A stretch of 64,000 nt of DNA. It comes from Candidatus Poribacteria bacterium (lineage in GTDB: Bacteria > Poribacteria > WGA-4E > PCPOR2b). The DNA lies in contig OZ242326.1 of assembly GCA_965208325.1 (NCBI GenBank), forward strand, positions 2,688,001 through 2,752,000. Reading direction: 5' to 3'. The first letter of the stretch is position 1. Every line of letters begins with the position of its first letter. The notes beneath the pieces were generated by a model, which was not told the origin of the DNA, ran no database searches, and worked only from the letters and a program-made list of their open reading frames with translations. Of the stretch, positions 9,943-19,516 are shown piece by piece. The position numbers and the translations under genes are program-made.

Positions 9943-9973
9943 TCTAAACCATCCAACAGTTCCAACTGGCCAT

Positions 9974-9991
9974 ATTTAGGCATGCCTAAAT
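9974..9991. promoter_or_regulatory. DtxR/MntR-family operator (perfect 18-bp palindrome)
   Basis: ATTTAGGCATGCCTAAAT; TTAGG-N4-CCTAA core resembles DtxR/SirR-family boxes; lies between the promoter and the start codon. Confidence 0.75.
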
Positions 9992-10003
9992 TTTAACTGG
10001 AAT

Positions 10004-10033
10004 ATGGTAATATGTACGAATAAACGCTGTCAA
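10004..10033 (-). promoter_or_regulatory. sigma70-type promoter for the DtxR/MntR gene
   Basis: minus strand TTGACA-N18-TACCAT. Confidence 0.55.
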
Positions 10034-10069
10034 GCCAATTTTTGTCTTTATCGTCAAGAAGGTGTTTTG

Positions 10070-12148
10070 TCAGTTGACATCATCGGCTGCCGCCGCTTGG
10101 TCCTGGTAATTGTCGCGTAGGATGCGCCGCATGACCTTGTTGGAAGCCGTGCGAGGCAGGTCGTCAACGATGACTACATCATGAATCCTGAAGAGGGGAT
10201 TGAGATGCTGCCGTATCGCCATACGCAGTGCTGCCTTCAGCGGTTCCCTTTCCATGTCGACGTTTTCCAGAAGGACGGCGTAAATCACTAGTTGACTAGG
10301 CCCCCCGCCTGGAGGCGATACCGCAATGGCTGCGGTTTCCCGTATACCCGCCTCTAAATTGAGGGTTTGTTCAATTTCCGTCGAACTCACTTTAATCCCC
10401 CCAAGATTCATTGTGTCGTCCACTCTGCCGTGAATGCGATAATAGTTCCCCTTCAATCGCTCAATTTGATCTCCGTGGCGCCGCAGCGGTATATCGCCTT
10501 TTTTGGGCGGCATTTTAGGGGTGCCTTCAAAATATACTTGGTGATGGTCTCGGTTTAACAATGACGTGGAAAGCCCGACTGACGGCGATATTAGATAGAC
10601 TTCCCCGTTATTGCAGGGTTGACCGCGCTGGTCAAGAATTAAAAAATCTAATCCCAATGTAGGTGTCGTAAACGTCGATGGTGCGGCTGGCTGCACCATG
10701 GTCCCAGTGATATAGCCGCCGCCAATCTCCGTGCCGCCGCAATACTCGATGACCGGGCGGTATCCTGCGAGCGACATCAAAAACAACATGTCTTCAGGGT
10801 TTGAACACTCGCCAGTTGAACTGTATGATTTGATGGCTGTCCAGTCAAGCCCTTTCATGCAGCCGCTATTTTTCCATGTCCTCACAATACTAGGAACCAC
10901 GCCGAGCACTTTGACGCCGGCATGCTGAACAAACTCACCAAATCCTCTACCCGTTGGGACGCCATAATACAGCCCAATAGTCGCTCGATTGATTAAACTA
11001 GCAAAGATTAACCACGGCCCCATCATCCACCCAATAGACGTTGGCCAAGCTACAACGTCGTTTGATTGAATGTCCTGATGCAAATGGCCGTCTGCGGCGC
11101 ATTTGATTGGGGTAGTGTGCGTCCAAGGAATCGCTTTGGGCACGCCAGTTGTCCCCGAGGAGAATAAAATGTTGGCATGATCGGAGGGTTGACAGGACAC
11201 AGCATCGAACTCACTATTCTCGCAGAGGAATTCGCCCCAAGTCAAATCGCCGTCCCGCAATTGAATCGCACAGGATGGCTGCTTGCTCTCACCGGTAAGC
11301 ACGATTGCTTTTGGAGCATTTGCGGAAACGACTTTGGCATATATTGGCAACTGTTTTTGTGCACGGACAATATAATCCTGAGTGAAAACGGCTTTGGCAT
11401 TTCCGAGTTGCAGGCGGATGGCAATCTCCTCCGGTGCAAAGCTGTCGGCGATGGAGACCACGGCACACCCGGCTGCGACAATGCCGAGGTAAATTGCCAC
11501 TGATTCCACCGTCATTGGCATGTTAACTGCAATAGCGTCGCCCGGACAGAATCCGTCGCGCACCAGTCCATTGGCGACGCGGTTCGTCAATGAACGAAGC
11601 TCCAAATAGGTTACGGTTGAAAGCGCCCCGTCTTCACGTTGGAAGACAATTGCAGGCGCATCGTCCGGCGCATTGAAACAACTCTCGGTAATATTCAACT
11701 GCGCATCTAGAAGCCAATTCGGCGACGTTACACCATCGGACAAACCAACAACTCGGGAGAACTTGCGTTTGAATCGAATCCCCAGTCTTTGAATCATGAG
11801 TTCCCAGAATTCAGCGCGGTGTTTTACCGACCAATCATGGAGATGTTCATAGGAATTCAGATTCAATTCACGCATGGCATGGGCGATATTCGTGGATTCA
11901 ATCTGGTTTTTTGAAGGGAACCAGGCTGGCGGGGGACCTTGCGCTGCATCCCAATCGGCAAAGATTGTTTCGTGCAAAAGTCTGTGTAGGGCAAACGGCA
12001 GATCCGGGGTGAGTAGTTTCTGCGTAATTTCGGTCCAACAAGCTGGACCGGAAAGTGTAGATTTTAACTGATTCACTCGCAGCAGTATATCGGCAGCCGC
12101 ATTTTCTTCCAGTCCGGTTGCGATTAACTGTTGAAGGGAGAGATCCAT
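10070..12148 (-). CDS. AMP-dependent acyl-CoA synthetase (plant AAE17/AAE18-like subfamily)
   Basis: ILFSSGTTGVPK, EYCGGTEIGG, GRVDDTMNLGGIK, LPRTASNKVMRR. Confidence 0.9.
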   Translation of the reverse strand: MDLSLQQLIATGLEENAAADILLRVNQLKSTLSGPACWTEITQKLLTPDLPFALHRLLHETIFADWDAAQGPPPAWFPSKNQIESTNIAHAMRELNLNSYEHLHDWSVKHRAEFWELMIQRLGIRFKRKFSRVVGLSDGVTSPNWLLDAQLNITESCFNAPDDAPAIVFQREDGALSTVTYLELRSLTNRVANGLVRDGFCPGDAIAVNMPMTVESVAIYLGIVAAGCAVVSIADSFAPEEIAIRLQLGNAKAVFTQDYIVRAQKQLPIYAKVVSANAPKAIVLTGESKQPSCAIQLRDGDLTWGEFLCENSEFDAVSCQPSDHANILFSSGTTGVPKAIPWTHTTPIKCAADGHLHQDIQSNDVVAWPTSIGWMMGPWLIFASLINRATIGLYYGVPTGRGFGEFVQHAGVKVLGVVPSIVRTWKNSGCMKGLDWTAIKSYSSTGECSNPEDMLFLMSLAGYRPVIEYCGGTEIGGGYITGTMVQPAAPSTFTTPTLGLDFLILDQRGQPCNNGEVYLISPSVGLSTSLLNRDHHQVYFEGTPKMPPKKGDIPLRRHGDQIERLKGNYYRIHGRVDDTMNLGGIKVSSTEIEQTLNLEAGIRETAAIAVSPPGGGPSQLVIYAVLLENVDMEREPLKAALRMAIRQHLNPLFRIHDVVIVDDLPRTASNKVMRRILRDNYQDQAAAADDVN

Positions 12149-12207
12149 ATCGAATAACTCGGCTTTAATTAGCCGGAGATGTACCTGACACCGATATCAA
12201 TACGTCT

Positions 12208-13218
12208 TCAAGGATTGAACTTGATGATTTCGCGGCACCGTGCGGATTTATGCAACGCATCGCAGATGCGCATGGTATCGACGGCGTCGGTTAGCAAGTC
12301 GCGATTAGGCTGCCCCAACTGAACCCACTCCGAAAACCGTTCGATCATCCGCACCTCCTGAATGCACGACTTAAACTTGTGTTCTGCGGCTTTGCCCTGA
12401 ACGTCGTGCACCCAAAATCGGGACGATTCCTCTTTCCAAGGGTCTACAAAATCGTCGCATATCAAGGAGGCTCGGGTTCCCGCAATCTCAAACCACATGC
12501 GGCTCCCTACGTCGAAACCGCAATCAAACGAAGCCATCCGTTCGTCTCGAAACCAGAGGGTACCCGACACATTGAAATCCGTACCCTGGTAATAGCGCGC
12601 AGTAGCGAAGACCTGATCAGGGAGATCGCCAAAAGCCCAGAGAATCGCGCGGATACAGTAATAACCTAAATCGCCAAGACAGCCGCAGGCAAACTCCTTT
12701 TTCAACCGTATGTTATCTTCGGGAATCTTTTCCCAATTGAAAGTGAACGCCGCTGTTACCCGGCGCATCCGGCCTAAAACACCACTGGCTATGATTTGCT
12801 TCATCGCAAAGGTACGTTCGTGGTGAACCCACATGACGCCATCCATCAAATGCACATTGTGCGTGCGGCACGCAGCCGCCATAGCAGACGCTTCTTCTGC
12901 ATTTGCGGTAAACGGTTTTTCGCACAGCACGTGTTTGCCGCATTCAGCCGCTTTGATGGTCCATTCAGCGTGCATTGATGGCGGCAGGGGAATGTAGACC
13001 GCATCTATTTCCGGGTCCTCTAGTAGAGCATCGTAGTTTCCGTAGGCGCGGTCAACTCCATGCTCTAATGCCCATCCGCGAGCACGTACTTCCGTCCGGC
13101 TAGCGATCGCCGCTAATTCAGCGTTTTCTGCCAAGCGTATCGCACGACTCACCTTATCCGCAATTCTTGCGGTGCTCAAAATCCCCCAGCGTACCTTCTG
13201 CTTCGGTGTAACAGTCAT
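12208..13218 (-). CDS. Gfo/Idh/MocA family oxidoreductase
   Basis: RWGILSTARIA, DAVYIPLP, GKHVLCEKP, DLGYY. Confidence 0.93.
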   Translation of the reverse strand: MTVTPKQKVRWGILSTARIADKVSRAIRLAENAELAAIASRTEVRARGWALEHGVDRAYGNYDALLEDPEIDAVYIPLPPSMHAEWTIKAAECGKHVLCEKPFTANAEEASAMAAACRTHNVHLMDGVMWVHHERTFAMKQIIASGVLGRMRRVTAAFTFNWEKIPEDNIRLKKEFACGCLGDLGYYCIRAILWAFGDLPDQVFATARYYQGTDFNVSGTLWFRDERMASFDCGFDVGSRMWFEIAGTRASLICDDFVDPWKEESSRFWVHDVQGKAAEHKFKSCIQEVRMIERFSEWVQLGQPNRDLLTDAVDTMRICDALHKSARCREIIKFNP

Positions 13219-13599
13219 TATTTTACCGTTCTCTGTCTTATTTTAACCCTACCTGCTTGTCCACGGGCGCAAAACGCCCTAGAAGATACCATAGCACCCT
13301 CAACTAAGAAATTCAAGCAAATACAAGTCGAAAAATGCCTCGTCTTCCGATCTTGAGGTGAACCACTTGTCACATACTTTTTTGCTAAAATTGTTTGAAT
13401 CGCGCCGATGATAAACGCTGACTGCTATTTCTCGCCTGGTCTGAATCTGTGGATTCACCCAGAGTCATTCCAACCCAACTTACCATCAACTCGGCAATAA
13501 AATTAAGTTTTCGGCCGGGCGATTCCTCGCTCCTTTCCACACGCACAACAATTGTAGTACTCTAAACACCGAATCATCCGCTGAGTACGGTCAAACACG

Positions 13600-15231
13600 T
13601 TAACTCACCTTTCCCCTAGCCTCCAACACCTTTGAAACCACGGTTTCTACATCTACTTCATCGACAAACGGGGATAGGATGAATGATTTCAGTGCCACGA
13701 TTGGTTCGCCGTATTCGCTTCGCCGATAGCAGTCGGTAGTGGAAATGACAACGCCCCGCCCTTCCATCGCCTCCGAATGTACGTATTCAAAAATCTTCCG
13801 GTTGTAGTCGTTGTGAGACAGCAAGCTGTCGCGATAATTTGCGTCCTCAAATTCCTGCCGCTTGATTAAAAACGTATCGACGCCAATCGGATAGGTGCGG
13901 AAGAGCGTAACCGTGCCGAAGTTATCTCGATTCAGCACGGTTGTGCCTTCATGTCCTTCCAGATGTTCCCGCAGGAGTTGCGTCATTTCAACGATGTGTC
14001 CGAGGATGACGCGCAATCCTTGCTCGCCAAACAATCGAAAATTGGCGAGGGCAGCGAGAACCCCTGTCCCGGATCGGGAAGTCTCAAGGGTGAACATTCC
14101 GGGGCGATGGTCGCCAAAGTGGTAGAGATACGGCATCTGTTCCGGGTGGCGTGTCACCAATTCCAAATCTGCTTGATTCTTGACGAGGACGAGACTAGAA
14201 ATGTAAGGCGCAAAACCGGTTTTGTGAAAGTCGATTCCGACGGAATCCGCCGTGGACAAATGCCGTATTCGCCGGCATGCCCCCGCCAATGCGCGGATGG
14301 TACGTGGACGGAACCCGAGGGGGTTCTTCTCAACGTCATAGTCATTGAACACCGACCATGCCCACCCAATGACTGCGTCTGCGTGAATGTGCGGCTTGTA
14401 ATCAAGTTTGAACTCTTTGACAAGCGCGTCGCGTAACGCCGCAATGCTCTGCAAATCGTCCAACCCAAACGAATCGGTGGTACCCAATGTCGCAATAATC
14501 GCCGCAATTCGATTCCCGTTTTCTAGTACCGTCCGTGCTTGCTGCTCAAGTTGCACGAGATCGATTTCGTTTTCGACATTGGTCGGGATTGTAATCAGAT
14601 TGTTCGTTCCGATTCCGAGCCAGCCGACGACGTTAGCGGCACAATAGTGGCCCGCGTCGGAAACAAACACAACAGCGTTCTTAGGCACGCCCTTACCTAT
14701 CGTCTCCGGGCAAGCCTTTTCCAAGCCCAACTTCACGCCATAGAGTGTCGTTCCGGTGCCGCCAAAGGTAAACATGCCGCTCGACTCTTTAGGGTCATAT
14801 CCTATCAATTTTGAGGTCATAGCGACCACCTCAACTTCAGCCAATGCAACGAGGCGGCTATATTCATCCCAAGCAATATTCGGATTGTACAGGGAAGCGA
14901 GGAGCACGCCAATCAGACTGGGAATCGTCGGCGGAGGAATAACGTTTTGCTGCGTACGGGGATGCCCAAAGATTGTCATGCCTTGCAAGTAATTCACGAG
15001 TTCGGTCGTGACATCCTCAACGGAGGATACTCCATCCGGCAGCCTGGCCTCCTTTGCACGCTCGAAATTACCGGGAACGACGTTGCCGAGCATCGGCAGT
15101 TGCGTTTTCAGTGCATCAACCTGATCTAAGGCGCGCATGATTGAATGTACGAAATACGAATCATGGATGGGGTGCGATACCGGCTGAGGAAAAGCGAGCC
15201 GGATTTTATCCAAGATTTCGCGGTATGCCAT
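13600..15231 (-). CDS. group II PLP-dependent amino acid decarboxylase
   Basis: FTFGGT, GHYC, TLGTT, IHADAVIG, DSVGIDFHK (PLP Lys), LETSR. Confidence 0.88.
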   Translation of the reverse strand: MAYREILDKIRLAFPQPVSHPIHDSYFVHSIMRALDQVDALKTQLPMLGNVVPGNFERAKEARLPDGVSSVEDVTTELVNYLQGMTIFGHPRTQQNVIPPPTIPSLIGVLLASLYNPNIAWDEYSRLVALAEVEVVAMTSKLIGYDPKESSGMFTFGGTGTTLYGVKLGLEKACPETIGKGVPKNAVVFVSDAGHYCAANVVGWLGIGTNNLITIPTNVENEIDLVQLEQQARTVLENGNRIAAIIATLGTTDSFGLDDLQSIAALRDALVKEFKLDYKPHIHADAVIGWAWSVFNDYDVEKNPLGFRPRTIRALAGACRRIRHLSTADSVGIDFHKTGFAPYISSLVLVKNQADLELVTRHPEQMPYLYHFGDHRPGMFTLETSRSGTGVLAALANFRLFGEQGLRVILGHIVEMTQLLREHLEGHEGTTVLNRDNFGTVTLFRTYPIGVDTFLIKRQEFEDANYRDSLLSHNDYNRKIFEYVHSEAMEGRGVVISTTDCYRRSEYGEPIVALKSFILSPFVDEVDVETVVSKVLEARGKVS

Positions 15232-15502
15232 GTCTATTCTCCGTCTCTATTGCAAATATTGTCGCCTATTTTACAATCGGCACAACGCCTAGGCTGGTGT
15301 CCGGTTCGAGCAAAGTAGAGGATACGTATATAGTGGATCGATAATCTTCGGGCATTATGCAAACGAACTGACAACCACAATTCAGCCAAATTGCCACGCT
15401 GAAATAATAACACATCCACCGCCAGAAGTCACATTTTGCGCGGCTGGAGCGTAACGCAGTAGCCGCATCCAATTGACGGAATAGCAGGCTCACCGTGACG
15501 GG

Positions 15503-16693
15503 TTAAAATTTCGCTCTAATCTGCACTCGAGTCTTGTGCTGATAAGGATTTGATCCGGAAGCGATTATCTTTTTAGCAATGAAATATAGCACTTCCACGC
15601 CGATATTCTTCTCGACCGGCAAGGCAAATTTCAGTTCATGCCCATGTGTATTCGGGTTAAATATATCGGCGTTGTTATAGTTAGATATCATTGATGCCTG
15701 TTCCACCCTAACATAATGGTAGAGCGCACGAAGTTTGTGTAGACGAGGAACGGGGCCAACTCCGACCTCAAACCAATATGCCGTGTCATTCAAATTCGCC
15801 AATCGATTCTGCGCATAAGACGCGAGAAGCCACACCGGCACAGTTTCGATTTCTAGTTCATACTTCGCAAGCCCCTCAATTATCCTGAATCCAAACGGAT
15901 AGACTGAGGTGCCTGTACCCGCGCCTACCCGCGCATTTGTATCCCCGCCGCCCAACCTGCCATCTTCAACCGCTTGGGCGATGTTGTCCTCGTTTCGATA
16001 TTCATAAAGCATGGCACCGAACGACAATCCTTTGAGTTGAAATCCCTTGAAAAACAGTTGCCCCGCGAAAAGGTTCGTATCCGCTCCGCTCTTTGTCTCC
16101 GCGAGAATGAACTGCCCTAGATTTGCCCGCACCTGTGAAATAAATCCTACGTCGTCAATGCGTAACTGTTGGGCTGCCCCTTCCAACTGCACATCGTTGT
16201 GAAAAACCAGCTCAACACGTTCAAACGGGTTGGCAAATTTGCCTATGGCAACCGTAAGGGACGAGTGCGGCGAATACCGGAGAAAAAGCCTATCAAGATT
16301 GAACCCTTTCTTCGAGAAATAGTCGTCTAGGTCAACATTGCCCGTGGTTGGGTCATCCGTCGCACCCGTGACCATTCTGAAACCGAGATTCACGCGCGGA
16401 TGAACTGGAAAGTTGCCGCCCATACGAAAACGTATTCGGTATCGATACCGGCTCGGAGAATCGTCCTGAAAAATGCTCTCTTGGCGGAATCTTGCATCGG
16501 CAAAGAAAAACTCCTGCCAAAGCGGCTGTGCTAGCCGAGACACGTCTTTAACCGTCGGCGATCCATTTTTGAGAACCGCCGATTCCTGCACTTTTTGAAT
16601 CTCAGTTACCGAAATCGTATCGGCAGAGGAGATTTGAAGCAACATAACGGTATTAAATACGATAATCCGGGCGTAAACGCCGAGTCTTTTCAT
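15503..16693 (-). CDS. putative outer-membrane porin (Porin_5-like)
   Basis: signal peptide; RYRYRIRFR...GFRMVTG...DPTTGN, GKFANPF, amphipathic beta strands, C-terminal Phe. Confidence 0.75.
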   Translation of the reverse strand: MKRLGVYARIIVFNTVMLLQISSADTISVTEIQKVQESAVLKNGSPTVKDVSRLAQPLWQEFFFADARFRQESIFQDDSPSRYRYRIRFRMGGNFPVHPRVNLGFRMVTGATDDPTTGNVDLDDYFSKKGFNLDRLFLRYSPHSSLTVAIGKFANPFERVELVFHNDVQLEGAAQQLRIDDVGFISQVRANLGQFILAETKSGADTNLFAGQLFFKGFQLKGLSFGAMLYEYRNEDNIAQAVEDGRLGGGDTNARVGAGTGTSVYPFGFRIIEGLAKYELEIETVPVWLLASYAQNRLANLNDTAYWFEVGVGPVPRLHKLRALYHYVRVEQASMISNYNNADIFNPNTHGHELKFALPVEKNIGVEVLYFIAKKIIASGSNPYQHKTRVQIRAKF

Positions 16694-16827
16694 TGCTGGC
16701 TCCGCTGCAAGGTTTGGTGTTCAATGATTTAACGCTACTGTACAGAATTTGGACAGCAAAAATCACTCTACACAACAAAATCGGTAGAAACTCTGTGTGT
16801 AGAAGTGTTATCCGTTCTAAATCCCAT

Positions 16828-16842
16828 TGGCACGAGGATTGC
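16828..16842 (+). promoter_or_regulatory. sigma54 (-24/-12) promoter upstream of the TonB receptor
   Basis: TGGCAC-GAGGA-TTGC, exact GG-N10-GC spacing, about 70 bp before the ATG. Confidence 0.7.
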
Positions 16843-16911
16843 GTATGCATAATAACAACGATGTCAAAATCTTGCAATCTAAAAAAAAGGTGTTGGGAAG
16901 GAGAGTAACTG

Positions 16912-19224
16912 ATGACAATTGGACGAAAACAACTATGGGTAGGATTGAGTTTTTTTCTAATCAGTATCAATCCCGCATTTTCTACGGTGGACGAGGCGAA
17001 AGTGAACCCCATTGAGTTGGAGGAAATCACCGTCATTACCCGCGTCCCAAAAGATACTTTCCGAACACCGAACTCGATTTCCGTCATTGACCGAACGCAA
17101 ATCGAACGCATCAACGCCGACATCACGCCCCGAATTCTACGCGAAACCGTCGGAATTTGGGCGCAGCAGACGACTGCCGGGCAAGGTTCGCCGATGCTGC
17201 GCGGCCTCACCGGATATCAAGCTTTTCTTTCTATAGATGGCGTCCGACTCAACAACTCTACCTTTCGCTCCGGTCCAAATCAGTATTTGGGGACAATAAG
17301 CCCAGCTAACCTTGACCGAATTGAAGTGTTGCGGGGCGCTGGGTCAATGCTATACGGCAGCGGCGCCATGGGCGGTGTCATTAGCATGTTCACTAAAGAT
17401 GTGATTCTGGACAATGCAACGGATAAATGGAACATCCAGTCCCGCACTTTCGGTCGATTCGCTTCCGGAACTTCAGAACGGCTAGGTCGCTTTGAGGTAA
17501 TGGGAAACCGCAGGCGGCTCGGGTTTTCGTTTGGTGCGTCCGCCCGCCGGTTCGGTGATATCAATTCGGGCAGCGGTTACGACCTGCACTACAAGAACCG
17601 TAAATTTGAAATTGTCAGCGAAAAACCGCCGGGCGTTGAAATCTTTGAAGGTCCGCCGAAAGATGTGCCGGAGCGTTGGCTGATTGACTCTGAAGCGCCG
17701 CTGGATTGGAGCGCATACGACGGCGACGCCAAACTCGCCTACCAACTCACTGACACCAGTGCGGTAAACGTCGCCTACCAACTCTGGCGTCAACCGAAAA
17801 CCCCGCGCTACGACAAGATTGCACCGCGCGAGTTCGACGAGTTCTTTTTCGAACCCCAACACCGAGATCTTCTTTATGCGACTTACTTGAAAGAACCAGC
17901 TAACTCCGAGATAGACCAGTTTCGATTTACCGCCTCTTTTCATCGGCAGAAAGAAGGGCGGAACGAACTCTTGCGGGATGCCACGGAAAGGCGAGAGCGG
18001 TTTGACAAGGTCAACACGTTTGGTCTGAGTGCACAGGCAACCAATGCATCGCTGCCTAACCAACGTATTGTCACAGGCGTCGAATTTTATTTCGATACCC
18101 TTTCGAGCCAAACCGTCAAGACCGACGTCACGACCGGCGCTGAGAAGGTAGACAACACAAAAGGACGCTTTATCGACGGATCTCGCTTCTGGGATGCGAA
18201 CCTCTACGTTCAAGATGAAATTGAGCTGCACGACCGGCTGGAACTCACGCTCGGCGGGCGATTCACCCACTATAATACACAAGCCGACCTTTCGGCGCGT
18301 TCCGATCAATTTAGCGACTTTAACGAATCCGGAAACGCATTGACCGGAAGTGCAGGCGTCGTGATAAGCGTCACGGACGGACTGAACCTCGTCGGCAATT
18401 TCGCCACATCGTTCCGTGCGCCTTCGCTGAATGATACCACCGCCGTTGAAGTCACCAACGAAGGTATAGACTCGCCTTCGCCCGCCCTCAAATCAGAGAC
18501 TGGGTGGACAGCAGAAACCGGTCTTAAAGCACGCTATTCGCAGTTCATTGGCTCGCTTACCCTTTTTCACGGCCGCATCGACAATTTGGTCACGCGCGTC
18601 CCCGTCGAAGAAGCATATGCAGGACAATCGCTTCCAAGCCTGATTACGGAAATTCAACGCAACAATCCAGGCGTTGATGTCTATGTATTCGACAATGTTG
18701 ATGAAGTGCAGACTCAAGGCATCGAGTTGGCTGGAATGTTCACTATCCGAAACAGTTGGGCGTTCTACGGTAACACGGCTTACACACGCGGGAAGGTGTT
18801 GGTGCTTAACGGTGCCGCGCCTAACCCCGATAATCCTTGGGAAGGACGGATTCGCCGTGAACCGCCGCTCAACGGAATGTTCGGTATCCGATGGCACCCG
18901 TCAGCTAAGCGGTACTGGGGAGAAATTTTCGTTCGCGGCGCAACCGAACAGCGGCGATTGAATCGCAGTGACATACGAGACCCGCGAATCCCAGGCACTA
19001 CCCGTGATACCGGTGAGGTCGAGTTTGATTCACACGGTGCAGCGGTTGGGCAAGGTTCGGCGAGTTGGGTCACGCTTAATCTGCGAGGCGGTTATCACCT
19101 GACCGATTACAATCGAATGACGGTTGCACTTGAAAACCTGTTGGATGAGCGGTATCGCGAGCACGGCTCCGGCATCAACGCACCGGGGTTGAATGTGATT
19201 GTCAGTCTAGACAATCGATTCTAA
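16912..19224 (+). CDS. TonB-dependent receptor
   Basis: signal peptide, TonB-box-like EEITVI, plug (LRG...IDGVRLN...RIEVLRGAGSMLYGSGAMGGVI), FRAP, ENLLD, C-terminal Phe. Confidence 0.95.
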   Translation: MTIGRKQLWVGLSFFLISINPAFSTVDEAKVNPIELEEITVITRVPKDTFRTPNSISVIDRTQIERINADITPRILRETVGIWAQQTTAGQGSPMLRGLTGYQAFLSIDGVRLNNSTFRSGPNQYLGTISPANLDRIEVLRGAGSMLYGSGAMGGVISMFTKDVILDNATDKWNIQSRTFGRFASGTSERLGRFEVMGNRRRLGFSFGASARRFGDINSGSGYDLHYKNRKFEIVSEKPPGVEIFEGPPKDVPERWLIDSEAPLDWSAYDGDAKLAYQLTDTSAVNVAYQLWRQPKTPRYDKIAPREFDEFFFEPQHRDLLYATYLKEPANSEIDQFRFTASFHRQKEGRNELLRDATERRERFDKVNTFGLSAQATNASLPNQRIVTGVEFYFDTLSSQTVKTDVTTGAEKVDNTKGRFIDGSRFWDANLYVQDEIELHDRLELTLGGRFTHYNTQADLSARSDQFSDFNESGNALTGSAGVVISVTDGLNLVGNFATSFRAPSLNDTTAVEVTNEGIDSPSPALKSETGWTAETGLKARYSQFIGSLTLFHGRIDNLVTRVPVEEAYAGQSLPSLITEIQRNNPGVDVYVFDNVDEVQTQGIELAGMFTIRNSWAFYGNTAYTRGKVLVLNGAAPNPDNPWEGRIRREPPLNGMFGIRWHPSAKRYWGEIFVRGATEQRRLNRSDIRDPRIPGTTRDTGEVEFDSHGAAVGQGSASWVTLNLRGGYHLTDYNRMTVALENLLDERYREHGSGINAPGLNVIVSLDNRF

Positions 19225-19272
19225 TCGAAGGGAATTTGCTGGAGGTCCAAATGAACCGGAGATATCGAAACG

Positions 19273-19319
19273 TGCACAAAACCGAGCAAGCGTACATCTG
19301 AATTGCACCGTTTTGTGCA
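19273..19319. promoter_or_regulatory. pair of candidate enhancer-binding-protein sites
   Basis: TGCACAAAACCGAGCA (19273-19288) and TGCACCGTTTTGTGCA (19304-19319); 14/16 inverted match; 31 bp apart. Confidence 0.5.
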
Positions 19320-19405
19320 ACGGCCGACACACTAAAAAAACACATACTGTTCGTACGGCTGGACTTAACGCGCATACCGCGCCGAAATTGAAGTGGCGAA
19401 TCCGT

Positions 19406-19420
19406 TGGCACGCATTTTGC
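19406..19420 (+). promoter_or_regulatory. sigma54 (-24/-12) promoter upstream of the WD40 array
   Basis: TGGCAC-GCATT-TTGC, about 97 bp before ATG 19517. Confidence 0.7.
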
Positions 19421-19516
19421 CCGTCCATTTAATCACCTCGAAGACACTAATCTAGTTTCGTTAACTAGAATTCTCAGAAGTGAGTATTCACGTGATGATT
19501 AAAGAGGAGAGAGACA

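Noticed and set aside
15234..15493. Small ORFs between the porin and the decarboxylase
   Set aside because: No recognisable motifs or convincing RBS; probably intergenic
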